DNA of 64,000 nt, from contig OX597835.1 of assembly GCA_951406725.2 (NCBI GenBank), forward strand, positions 19,654,001 through 19,718,000, given 5' to 3'. Each line of letters begins with the position of its first letter. Position 1 is the stretch's first letter. The notes below the pieces were generated by a model. The model was given only the letters and a program-made list of their open reading frames with translations. It was not told the DNA's origin and did not search any database. The position numbers and the translations under genes were made by a program. Shown here piece by piece: positions 25,799 through 38,328 of this stretch. This DNA is from Octopus vulgaris. Taxonomy: Eukaryota.

Positions 25799-27106
25799 TA
25801 CTTGCTCAGAGGGCCATTACCCCAGTATCTTTGCCCATGTACCCTCACTGATAGAAACGTCAATGATCGTTGCTAAGCTAGTGATCTGATCTTTGTACAA
25901 TACAGCCTGGCATTAGTCCTATTACTCCTTACATTTCTTATCTCTCTGTGGAGTACAATCACTTTAATTTAGATATCATTAATTAATTAGGTTTCATATT
26001 TTCCTGTATATTTATATATACGTGCAGTTGTAGCCCTGGTGTAAGAAAATTTCTTTCTCTCCATATGGTTCTGGGATCCCACTGCATAAGTTTCTTCCTT
26101 CTATAGCCTCGGGCCGATCAAATATTTTGAGTTGATTTGGAAGACAGAGAAAGAAAGAAGCCTATCGTATCCCTCCCTCTCCCTTTTTATATATGTGTGT
26201 GTATGTGTGTGTTTGCATGTTTGTTTATTGACTTAAAGAAATACATGTATGTATGTATGTATGTATGTATGTATGTATGTATGTATGTATGTATCTATCT
26301 ATATATATATATATATATATATACATACATATATACATATATATGTCTCTGTGTGTATGTGTGTATGAGCGTGTGTTTGCGTATGTTTGCGTGTGTGTGT
26401 CTATGTGCGTTTGTGTCTGCATTTATGGTGTCACAGCTATCAAATTATCCATCCGCTACAGTTGTTTCGGTGCTTCAGCACTATATAGGTAATAAATCGT
26501 GAAACAAATAAGAGTATACGATTATTAAACATTGTTACAGAACATTGATTGTACAATTGATTATATAAAGAGAAACTATGTCCATTTTATGGTGATCAAG
26601 TACTTATGATAATAAGCATCGCTTTTTTTTGTCAGTACGACAACAGGTTTACAAATAGGCTGATTGACAAAGAAATTAAACGAGTGTGGAGGAATAATGT
26701 ATATATATATATATATATATCACAGCGACGTTATGGGCAAGGAGGATGGTCATAATTTAACGATTCACTATATGTAAATGGTAGGTTAGACTAAGTGTTT
26801 AGTTTTATATAAATTTTATCTATCCTCGTATAATAATACGTATTGTTGGAAAACATGAAATCTAAAGAGAAATCAATTTAGCTATGGAGAATTTGATAAA
26901 ATAACTTCTGGAATAATAGCAATTGCATGTAAATATTTCAGTAACAACGTAATTTACAAACACTCGAAGCAAAAATGAAAGGCTAGGAAGGAAAGATTGA
27001 AACACTGCAATGTACTTAGTTACTGGTCATTCACTGCTACACGTTTTAGCATATGTTTTCCTAAACAACATATTTACGTTCTACTTGCATATACGCGTAT
27101 ATCAAT

Positions 27107-27142
<36 letters not shown>

Positions 27143-27531
27143 ATAGATACATAGATATATATATAGACAGATAGATAAATAGATACATAGATATATACAT
27201 AGACAGATAGATAAATAGAAACATAGATGTATATAGATGTATATATATATATATATATATATACATACATATATTAAAATACATATGTTCCAGTTATGAG
27301 CATTCACTCAAGCAAAATTTTACAAATTCTCTCTTCTTTTCACTGAACCATTATAAAAGAAAATATATTGTTATATGTTATAAGCTAGACGAAGGAAATA
27401 TTTTCATATGTATAAATATATTAACTGGTTTCGGAATAATAATCTATACATTATGTAGATGGTAGCGGTGGGGATAAATTTGTGTTTCTTGCTATTAAAG
27501 TTTCACAGAAATTTCTGAATTCAACAAGTTT

Positions 27532-27649
<118 letters not shown>

Positions 27650-27757
27650 TGTGTATGTATGTGTATATATATGCATATATATATTTGTATACATATATAT
27701 ATATACATATATATACATACATATATATATACATATATATATATATGTAAGTATGTA

Positions 27758-27834
<77 letters not shown>

Positions 27835-28221
27835 ATATATACACTTGCTATGCTCTTTAAATGCAAACGCACCTAATTAAATTACTATAAACTGATACGG
27901 AGTAAATAAGTTACATCCGTTTTGCTTTTGCAGTTTTCATCTTTACTCTTTCAATCAGTACAAAGTAAGACGAAAAACCATGCTGGCGTTTCATAATATT
28001 CGCGCAGAAGATCTAACATACCTGCATTAGCTTATTTTTTAAATGGTGCACTACATTTAGTTGAGATTAGGTCTTGATGTTTACGTAAAATGATCTTATA
28101 ACAGCTGCGTCCAAGCTGTGTCGTTATTTCTGATGCTACTATAAGTTTATAGAACAGTCTGAGATATCAGATTTATGCGGATTGTATGCTCTGTCTCATT
28201 TGAACTGATATGCAATCATTC

Positions 28222-28433
28222 ATGGCGGTGATGAAGCAGATCCGTTACCGCGCCGGGCAAAATGCTTAACGCCATTTTGTCCGTCTTCAGATCTTGGCTT
28301 CAATTATCGGCGATCTCGATTTCGCTTTTAATCCTTTCGGTCGATATAATAAGCACCATTTGAGCAATGGAGACGATGTAATCGACTTACCTCTTCTGGA
28401 AAAATTGCAGGCCTCGCACCAAAATTGGAAATC
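28222..28433 (+). mobile_element. Degenerate SINE family C
   Basis: ggcggtga...gccgggcaaaatgctta...cctttcggtcgata...ccaaaattggaaatc. Confidence 0.65.
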
Positions 28434-28632
28434 ATTCTATATACAATGAATATAATTTAAAACATTGATTAAACTTTACATCAACTCATGTGAATACTAA
28501 TGAGTCCAGAGTATTTTTATGCTGATTCTTTGTACCTTGGTCCATATGATCTTGGACTGCGTAAATGTTTCCTAGTCAGACTAGGAAATATAGGTATGCT
28601 AGAAAAACGTAGGGCATATTATTGATATTATT

Positions 28633-29159
28633 GAGTGAGAGAGCAGTGCATGCCATCAAAGTGACACGGGGGTAAAATATACAAGGCCTAGTATACCCAT
28701 CATGACTACCCGTTTGATAATGGTACACCAGGCACATGCATCACAACCATATATGCGCGACATTTTGGTCTCCTATCAAGATAAACAGCGCATGACCTTG
28801 CTGCTGGGGCTCAGTTAGAATTTTCTTCTGGTCGAGTATCCCATCCCGCCAAAAAGGTCCCTGAATAAGGATTGTTTCAGGATGCTGAACGAACCACCCA
28901 TGTTTTCAAAGGTGAATTATCCAAACCTCTAATAATTCCTTTCAACACACGGCTATGATGCTCCTCCACTACTTCTGCTCGTGATCAGAGATGCACATAT
29001 CGTCAGCCACTAAGGGATATGATCAACTGGTTAAGGTCAAACAACTGACAAGCAAATCTTTTGTATTGAGCAGAATATTTGCTGTAGCCCATATTTTCAT
29101 AACAAAAAAAACGGTCCCTGAATAAGGATTGTTTAACGATGTTGAACGAACCAGCCATG
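28633..29159 (-). mobile_element. Family D element, truncated, with an internal re-entry duplication
   Basis: Matches 19908-20462; segment ~28857-28902 recurs at ~29112-29159. Confidence 0.8.
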
Positions 29160-29197
29160 TAATAATAATAATGATAATAATAATAATAATAATAATG

Positions 29198-29231
<34 letters not shown>

Positions 29232-29279
29232 CAATATTAATAATAATAATGATAATAATAATAATAAGAAGAATAATAA

Positions 29280-29312
<33 letters not shown>

Positions 29313-29335
29313 GAAGAAGAAGAAGAAGAAGGATA

Positions 29336-29388
<53 letters not shown>

Positions 29389-29616
29389 TATTATTATTAT
29401 TATTATTATTATTATCATTATTATTATTATCGTGATGATGATGCTGATGAAATACGAAGTACAAAATATTTATGTAACAGAATTGGTAATGGTTTCTTCC
29501 CTTGTATTCGCTATCCTTTCCTATAAATTTCTGACATTCTTGATGACAGCTTGATACTTCTGTACACATTTTCACTCATAATCACACACACACATGTATA
29601 TATGCATATATGTATA

Positions 29617-29686
<70 letters not shown>

Positions 29687-30390
29687 CGTATGTGCTAAAG
29701 GTTATACACAAGTATTATGACACTGAGAAGAGAAGTGAAGACAAATATTTAAGCAAGTCAATAATAATAATAACAATAGAAAGAAAGAAAAAATGGAAAA
29801 CCGAATATTAATAATAAAAAAAAGGAAGGAGATGAAATAGAAGAACTGCTATTACAAAAGGAACAAGAAGAAGAAAAACAACAACAGGAGGAAATATAAT
29901 AATGAAACGATTAATGTAAAAAAACTCCTCTCTGAGTAGGAAGTAAGGTCATTTTATAAATAGGAAACCTTATCAAATAAATACTTACAATAGAATAGAT
30001 ATATATAAATAAATGAAGTATAGTCTACTCAATCAAATATGATTTGAATGGAAAGTATTGTGTTTAAGACTTCTTGAAGTGTATATCATGAATTGTTGAT
30101 GATTTTTAGAGGCTGAAAATACCAATAATCTAGACAATCAGTAATGCCATACACCGATTGTTTAAAATATACAGACGTATGAGACTAAATTAGATATGTG
30201 GGTTCATACATATTGGCCTCGTATTCACCTCTTGAAATTAACTTATTGAAAGGTTTCCGTCGGCGGAATGGGAAATATATTTTTTAAACTAGATTTTGTA
30301 TTTGATGTTTGAGAAGCTCGATTGACTGCACAGAAAAGAAAGCAGGCACATAGACACATAGAGACAAAATATGTGTATATCTTTGTATGC

Positions 30391-30484
<94 letters not shown>

Positions 30485-30489
30485 TAAAA

Positions 30490-30620
30490 TTTATTTAAAA
30501 AGCAAAATACCAAGACGGGTGTATGGACAACAAGCGATTGTATTAGTTTGACGCTCGGGAAAATGGAAAAGTCTTTTACGTTTCAAGCCTACGCCTTCAA
30601 CAGAAAGGAATAAGAGAATA
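30490..30620 (-). mobile_element. Family E TA-embedded short element with hammerhead-like motif (30573-30607)
   Basis: Reverse complement cttt-CTGTTGA-a-ggcgtaggctt-GAAACG-TA-aaag; homologous to the 31.4, 35.0 and 50.7 kb copies. Confidence 0.6.
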
Positions 30621-30661
30621 TACATATATATATATATATATATATACATACATATATATAT

Positions 30662-30729
<68 letters not shown>

Positions 30730-30906
30730 GTTTAAATATTTGTTGTGCAAGATTTTTTATGTGAAGTCGTGTGTTGAAACAGATATTGTTATATTTCGGA
30801 ATGGTCATATTGCCAGTTTAGCCAATAAAAACACACGCACTATATATTTGGTGTTATTTTGCTTCAGTGATATTTATTTTTTACATTAATCTTAATCTTA
30901 TTTCCG

Positions 30907-30946
30907 CCAAAGTTCTTTCGTCAGACTCCTGTGACCGCATCAGTGG
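30907..30946 (-). ncRNA. Hammerhead-like motif (A9C variant)
   Basis: cca-CTGATGC-g-GTCA-caggagtc-TGAC-GAAA-gaac-TT-tgg, with stem I cca/tgg and stem II GTCA/TGAC. Confidence 0.5.
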
Positions 30947-31306
30947 TCCTTTGTTTTCTTCTCACTTACTTGTGTCTCTCCTTACTAACCGTCAGCCATT
31001 TTGTATTTCTATTGTATGTCTTCATTTGCGCATGCTTATATCACTATGTGCGTCTATGTTTATTTAGTGTGTGTGTGGGGGGGATGCCTGTAATATTTGT
31101 ATCTTCTGGTTATATACATTCTTGTAATTTGTATTTTGTTTTTGTTGTTGTTGCTTTTGTTCTAACTTTGTTCATGTGTTTACATCCACCCATTATTATT
31201 ATTACATATGCTTGTATGTATGTATAACAACAATATTAGTAATAATAATAATAAATCTAATCGAAAAAAAAAATATATATATATATACATATATATACAT
31301 ACACAT

Positions 31307-31344
<38 letters not shown>

Positions 31345-31346
<2 letters not shown>

Positions 31347-31660
31347 CGGGAGGCTTTATGAAAATAAACAAAAGACGAAGGCAGGTGGAAAACAAACGAA
31401 CAATTGTATTAGTATGGCGCTCAGGAAATATAAATAAAACAAGTCTTTAACGTTTCGAGCCTACGCTCTTCAACAGAAAGATACACAGAGAGAGAAAAAC
31501 ACAGAAAGAAGGAGAGAAAAAAAATGCGTGCAGTAGCTAACGAATCAACATGGCGATCTGATTTCGGCCAGAGGTCAAAGATCAAACATGAGACGCGAGA
31601 GCGAAATATCCAGAGAGGGAAGAAAGACGGAAAGGAGAACAAAAATTCAGGAAAATGTGG
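31345..31660 (-). mobile_element. Family E element, longest copy
   Basis: Adjoins (TA)n at 31344; shares the aaaagacgaag...tgtattagt...gctc(a/g)ggaa block with the other copies. Confidence 0.65.
31444..31481 (-). ncRNA. Hammerhead-like motif (A6U variant, family E)
   Basis: tcttt-CTGTTGA-A-GAGC-GTAG-GCTC-GAAA-CG-TT-aaaga: perfect stems I and II, palindromic ACGT stem III. Confidence 0.6.
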
Positions 31661-31861
31661 GAAGCATGAAATGAATGTAAAAAAAGTGGTAATATAAGAG
31701 GAAATAAAAACAAACTTTGGCCGAAATAAGATTAAGATTAATGTAAAAAATAAATATCACTGAAGCAAAATAACACCAAATATATAGTGCGTGTGTTTTT
31801 ATTGGCTAAACTGGCAATATGACCATTCCGAAATATAACAATATATATATATATATATATG

Positions 31862-31925
<64 letters not shown>

Positions 31926-32089
31926 TACATATATATATATATGGGGCGGGGGTATTCTAAATAACAAAGTAATGAATTTAGCATTTCTTTAATAACAAGT
32001 TACAATTGTCCTTGTTCCGCACTGTTTCATCACTAGTGCATATAAAAATTCAATGTGCTTATTGCATTTAATATTTGTTATTTTATACA

Positions 32090-32552
32090 GTCTACTGACA
32101 ATCAATTAGAGCATTGAACCAAGTTTGAATAAAACACACCCACTTTAGTGAATCGGAAATGAGTGATGTTACATTAGGACAATGCACGACTCCACACAGC
32201 AAAGATCACATCACAGAAGATCGAAGAGCTTGGTTGGGAAAATGTTCTCCATCCACCTTATTCTTCCCACTTTGCTCCTTCAGGCTAACATTTCTTTCGT
32301 AGATTACAGAATCATTTGGGGGAACATAATTTTCGCAAGCTAGGAGGAGGTCGAAACTGACATTTCAAAGTTCTTCGCTTCGAAATCAAAAGAGTTTTAC
32401 ATTGATGGGATTAAAAAGCTTGTAAATAGATGAAACAAAGTCATAGATAATCAGGGAAAGTAGAATGATGATTATATTTCAATTAAATATAAAATTTGAT
32501 CACTTGTTTTCTTTATTGAAAATTCAGACATATATTATGGGATGACCTGATA
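32090..32552 (+). mobile_element. Mariner transposase relic with 3' TIR
   Basis: LH*DNARLHTAKITSQKIEELGWENVLHPPYSSHFAPSG*HFFR (mariner DNA..H and HPPYSPDLAPSDY motifs); ends ...gggatgacctga followed by TA. Confidence 0.85.
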
Positions 32553-32679
32553 GATGCACTGGAATGGCTCAAAACTTAGCAAATCCATAATTCGTAGCAA
32601 GACAGGGGTGTATGTGCGCGAGAATAAAAGCAATTTCTTCATGATCAACATGGTTGAGTATCTCTCTTTTCTTTTTTCT

Positions 32680-33075
32680 CTCTTTTACTTGTTTCAGTCA
32701 TTCGACTGCGGCCATGCTGGTACATCACGTTTAGTCGAGCAAATCGACCCCAGGACTTATTCTTTGTAAGCCTAGTATTTATTCCTTCCGTCTCTTTGCG
32801 AACCGCTAAGTTACGGGGAGGCAAACACACGAGCATCGGTTGTCAAGCGGTGTCGGGGGCACAAACACAGACACACAAATGCACAGACACGCATACACAC
32901 ATACATATATATATATACCTATACGATGAGTTTCTTTCAGTTTCCGTCTACCAAATCCACTCACAAGGCTTTTGTTGTCCCGAGGCTATAGTAGAAAACA
33001 CTTGCCCAATGTGCCACGCAATAGGACTGAACCCGGAACCATGTAGTTGGAAAGCAAGCTACTTACCACACAGCC
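32680..33075 (-). mobile_element. SINE family B
   Basis: Reverse-complement match to the family B consensus. Confidence 0.85.
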
Positions 33076-33682
33076 GCTATACTAGAATCCTCCAGCAACT
33101 AAGTGTGATAGAAGAATATGCAGCGCCACATAAGCTATAAACTCTCAAACCTATATAATAGGATGCAGCTTTGCTAAATACTTAACGAAAAGTAAGAAAA
33201 ACAATGCAGGAAAAATATCAAAAAACAAATAATGTGGAAATGATAAGATTATTACATTTATGATAAATATTGTTGTAATTTAAAGTAAGTATATTGTGTA
33301 AATAGGAAATCATAATAAATAAGCAATCACAATAGTCGGAAAACAGAAAAAAAGAGCAAACAAAAGTAGACTAATCAATCAAGTATAACTAGCATAAAAA
33401 AGATACTGTCATCGAAGACTTATCGAAATATACATCATGAATTTTAGATGACGCTAATAAGAAAATAACACACAGTGGAAGCATACAGTAAATGTGAAAG
33501 ATAAATCATCGTATAAAACTAAATTCAGGCTTTATACATATTCGGTTGTTATTTATCGCACTAGAAAGTTAAATCTTAATAAACTATGATTTCCATATAT
33601 ATATTTATATATATATATATATGTGTGTGTGTGCGTGCGTAAGCAACCACCCGAGTATATTAGAATATGAGTATGGGTGCAA

Positions 33683-33731
<49 letters not shown>

Positions 33732-33736
<5 letters not shown>

Positions 33737-33815
33737 AGAGTTTACGAAAAAACAAAAGCCGAAGACAGATGGTGTGCAAAACAAACAGATGTATTAGTAT
33801 AACGTTCAGGAATAG
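33732..33815 (-). mobile_element. Family E terminal fragment in (TA)n
   Basis: agggagagtttacgaaaaaacaaaagccgaagac...gatgtattagtataacgttcaggaa, homologous to 31345-31430. Confidence 0.55.
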
Positions 33816-33893
33816 ATAAATACATACACATATATACACACGCACACACATATACACACGCACACACACCTCACACACACATACGCACACATA

Positions 33894-33972
<79 letters not shown>

Positions 33973-34189
33973 TGTTGGCCAAAAGTCCACGAACAGTACA
34001 TTAAAATTTCATAAATACTTAATAATCAATTTTATTCATTTGAAAAAATCGGTGTCACTCAAGAACGACTTCGGTTTACGCAATTTTCATGATGTTTCAT
34101 ATTTCGATGTTTTTATTAAATTCATTCATTTCTTAAATATAAATAATTAATTGAGGATTAAATGGCTTTGATTTACTGTCAGTGGACTT

Positions 34190-34258
<69 letters not shown>

Positions 34259-34326
34259 GTGTATATTGCAGGGGCTGGCCTGCTAGGTAGCCGGCCAAAA
34301 TCTCCCTCAGTATTTAAATTTTTATA

Positions 34327-34392
<66 letters not shown>

Positions 34393-34396
<4 letters not shown>

Positions 34397-34910
34397 GCTC
34401 AGTAAAATGTAAGCAGCATTTTGAAGCATGAAATTCATCACAATATATTTCAACAATGCGGAAATTTTATTAATCTAAATAACATTACAAACAACACGTT
34501 TTTGCCAACGAGTTCCATGTCGTTTATTCCGGTAACTAACATACACGCCTTGAGTTCAGGAGCTGATGAACTATCTGAATGCACTTTCAGCATCGGTTTC
34601 GTTTTTGAACTCCCTTTCTCGCAGGAAAACATCAAGGTGCATTGAAAAAATGTATGCTGGTAGGAGAAAGTTGTGGGGAATAAGCTGGATGGGGAAGAAA
34701 TTCATAGCCAAGAGCATCATTAGTGAACCGTGTGGTTGAGCATTGTCATGAAGAATGATGGGCCCTTTTCTGTCTGGGACGGAATAGTAGCGGTTTTTCT
34801 TTTATTTTGGCAATTTCATAGCAATATTTTTCTGCCGTTTTGAGTTTTTCAAGGTTTTAAGAATTTATAGTGAGTGAATCTTGCAATAACCTGAGCAACG
34901 GCAGGTCATT
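34393..34910 (-). mobile_element. Mariner relic (second family)
   Basis: Minus strand GYEFLPHPAYSPQLSPTSIHFF; terminus tcagg adjoins TA. Confidence 0.75.
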
Positions 34911-34916
34911 CAGTTA

Positions 34917-34972
<56 letters not shown>

Positions 34973-34974
<2 letters not shown>

Positions 34975-35163
34975 CCATGATAGACTGCTAGCTACTACAC
35001 ATTCTTTATTTTCTCTCCTTGTTTCTGTCTGTATTCCTTTCTGTGAAAGAGAGTAGGCTCGAACAGTTAAAGGCTTTTTCACTTCCTGAGCGTTATACTA
35101 ATACATCTGTTTGTTGTCTAGAGCAACTGTCTTTGTCTTTTGGGGTTGTTTTGTGTGTATTCT

Positions 35164-35167
<4 letters not shown>
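34973..35167 (+). mobile_element. Family E element in (TA)n with degenerate hammerhead-like motif (35037-35072)
   Basis: cttt-ctgtgaa-agagagtaggctc-gaacag-tt-aaag. Confidence 0.6.
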
Positions 35168-35236
<69 letters not shown>

Positions 35237-35263
35237 TGTATGTATGTATGAATGTATGTATAT

Positions 35264-35610
35264 AATGATTTCGGCCTGTGCAAAACAATTACCACCAACC
35301 TGAATACGGTCGATTTCCTTGACGTTACCTTGGACCTCAGCACGGGAAACTATGACAGGAAGCCGATTGAAGATAAACTTTACATCCACAAGAATTCAAA
35401 CCATCGCCACGCTGGGGTTTCTGACATTTTGTTTCGGTTTTATATATGCGGGAGTATTCCAGGAAAGCGTTTAATATGTAAAGTGTTATATCCAATGACT
35501 AAACACCGTTGTAGACAGTAGCTATTAAAGTAATGATTTCGAGGATAGTTGAAAGGTTGGCTTGATGCTGATGAAGGAGCAAAAACACCCGAATTATGGC
35601 GTATACATCT
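35264..35610 (+). mobile_element. Penelope-like element relic: RT C-terminal fragment followed by a degenerate hammerhead motif
   Basis: DFGLCKTITTNLNTVDFLDVTLDLSTGNYDRKPIEDKLYIHKNSNH matches the PLE RT motif-7/thumb pattern (FLDV.L......Y.KP....LY.H..SNHP); gatg-CTGATGA-agg...ccc-GAAT...TA-catc at 35564-35609. Confidence 0.75.
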
Positions 35611-36520
35611 ATTTCCCGGGCCTCATCTTCGATCTCATTTTTACATCTGACATCTCCTACACGAAACGTTGTAACGAAAATCAATCCTGGCTATATTATG
35701 TATGGAATATCTGTAGTGATAACATTAACAAGTAGTGTGTGAGTATATATTGTGCAGGTATTGATGTCTGGGTTTAGCTGTGTTTGCTGGTTAAATCCAA
35801 GTCTTGTGATATTGCTTTGGTTAGTACAGCCTACCATTAGATAACTCACTAAGAAGCCACGTTTTGTATTATGAACTTTGTCACATGTGTTTGTCATGAT
35901 ATGATAGACACACATTTGCTAATATTTTAGTAATATGAATTATTAATGAATACTGGAGGTGTCATTCATTATCATTGATATTATTTGGTTTCCAGTAATG
36001 TAAACATTTGCTAATCATCATAAACGTGTTTAATTTGGCAACTGGGAAACTCAGTACTGCATTTCATTATATTTTGAAAATTTCATAGTGAGATCCTAAA
36101 CGATATTAGTTCTTGTTAATTATTTAATGTTTAACAAAGCATGTGTTATATCATCTGATATCAAAATATGTTGTTTATAGAGAGATATTAGACGAAATAA
36201 TTTGACAGACTCGTAGCATACAGTGATGTAAGCTAAACAGCTGGTGTTAATGGGTGGCTATCACATAAAAGTAGAAAGGACGAATATACATCCTTACTCA
36301 TAAACACTCGTAGAGACACACAGGAACACAGATACACACACAAACACACAATGATATACACACACAGAAAGAAAAAATACAACACATTTACACAACTATT
36401 CGATGGCCTTGTACATATATTCCGTCTGCAAAATACAATATAAATTATTTAGTAAACCACACTGAGAGGAAAATGTAATCAACTTATGAACAGTCGCAGT
36501 GAATATCTATCTCTATAGAT

Positions 36521-36816
36521 AGCACGTGATCACGTGACCGACCAGACCATCAGATGCTGTTACACATCGCTAGTCACAATGCGTTCGCATTGTTTTAGCC
36601 TTCGAATGACGCCACCCCGCTGGCTAAGCGAGAAGGCCAACAGAAGAAAAAGTGGTGAAAGAGTACTGCAGGGATCACCACCCCCTGCCGGAGCCTCGTG
36701 GAGCTTTTTAAGGTGTTTTCGCTCAATAAACACTCACAACGTCTGGTCTGGGAATCGAAACCGCGATCCTACGACCGCGAGTCCGCTGCCCTAACCACTG
36801 GGCCATTGCGCCTCCA
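36521..36816 (-). mobile_element. SINE A head and body with an alternative 3' tail
   Basis: Same tRNA head as 2500. After ctttcaccac it continues into an unrelated tail ending ggtcacgtgatcacgtg. Confidence 0.8.
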
Positions 36817-37399
36817 TCTCTATAGATATATCTTTTACAATTATAGGACCAGGTGCAATGTTAATATGTATAATCATATAACCGTCTACATTGAGTTAGA
36901 TGATGTTATTCCAAGTAGGTTATGAAACAAGTGTAACCTCGATCAATGTATTAAATTCTCCTAACTTCTTACATCTATTTGTTTTATTTGCTTATTACGT
37001 ACTCCGCCCTTGAAAAGATTACTCGTTGTGTATCTAAGCTTTTTGGTTGTATGGCTAAAACACATTGAAATTTAGTGGCTTCCTAGCTCTCTGACTCTGG
37101 GTTCAATCGAACTGCTTGGCATTTAGGACAGTCCTATCTGCTAGAGTCTCGGACCAATTAAAGCGTTATGAGTAGATATCGTACACGAAAATTGAAAGAA
37201 ACTCGTCGTGTATGTGCGTGTGGGTGTGCATGCGTGCGTAAGTGCGTGTGTGTGCATGAGTATGTGTACGTGCCTGTGTATGTGTATATATTGACTATAG
37301 TTAATACCTAACTGGACTAGCATCTTTCTCTTTTTCTGATAAGGTTAAATATGAATCCCCTACATACTAATCTGTTATTTCCTATCTCTACCTTTACAC

Positions 37400-37577
37400 T
37401 TTTAGTCCAATGAATAGACAGCAGTATATTTTTAAGCCATCTTTCTCTTTGAACGAATTGGCAGGATGCGATGACGTAAATTCACAAACACTGGTTTTCA
37501 AGCAGTGATGGTTGGAGAACAAACACACAGTGACACACACAGAGATTTATACATACATACATATATAAATATATACC

Positions 37578-37628
<51 letters not shown>

Positions 37629-37803
37629 CCACACGATGTGTTGGTTCTTTCATTTTCTATGTACGAGATCCACTCCTGAGGTTCGGGCCTGTTTGCGGTT
37701 ATAGTATAAAATATTTGCTGAAAGAAACCCTGCAGTAAGACTGAACCTGAACACGGAATGATGTGATTTAGAAGCAAGCCTCTTATCATACACCCACGCC
37801 TAC
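37400..37803 (-). mobile_element. Old SINE family B
   Basis: Diverged match with internal TA microsatellite. Confidence 0.6.
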
Positions 37804-38274
37804 ACCTATGATGTATGTGTGTATGTGTGTGTGCACATACTTATATATATATATATATATACATATGTGTGTGTGTGTGTGTTTTGTGTGTATGTATTAT
37901 GTTTGTATGTATGCATAATGCATATATGTGTGTTTGTATGTATGAGTATGAATGTACATATTCGAATTTCTCGCGACCGACATTTCAGTCGTAATTCCGA
38001 GCTGGGAGCCAATTACTCATTTCCAATACTGCTTATCTTTGTTTTTTCTGTCCTTCATTAACTTCTCTTTCCCTTTCGCCCTCTGCCTCTCTCTCTCTCT
38101 CTGTCTCTCTCAGTATTGCCCTTTCATTATTTCACTCTCTCTCTCTTCTCTCTTTTTCTTTCTCACTCTCTTTCACTGTTCTTTTTTGTCTCTCACTCAA
38201 ACGCGTAATACATCTGTTTATATCCATATTACATAGACACACCCACACATACACACACACGTGCATTTATATAT

Positions 38275-38328
<54 letters not shown>

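Larger units (their letters stand above)
30729..31844. mobile_element. Family F inverted-repeat element (132-bp arms) enclosing a family E copy
   Basis: 30783-30914 is the reverse complement of 31713-31844 (1 mismatch seen); both outer ends lie at or near (TA)n. Confidence 0.7.
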
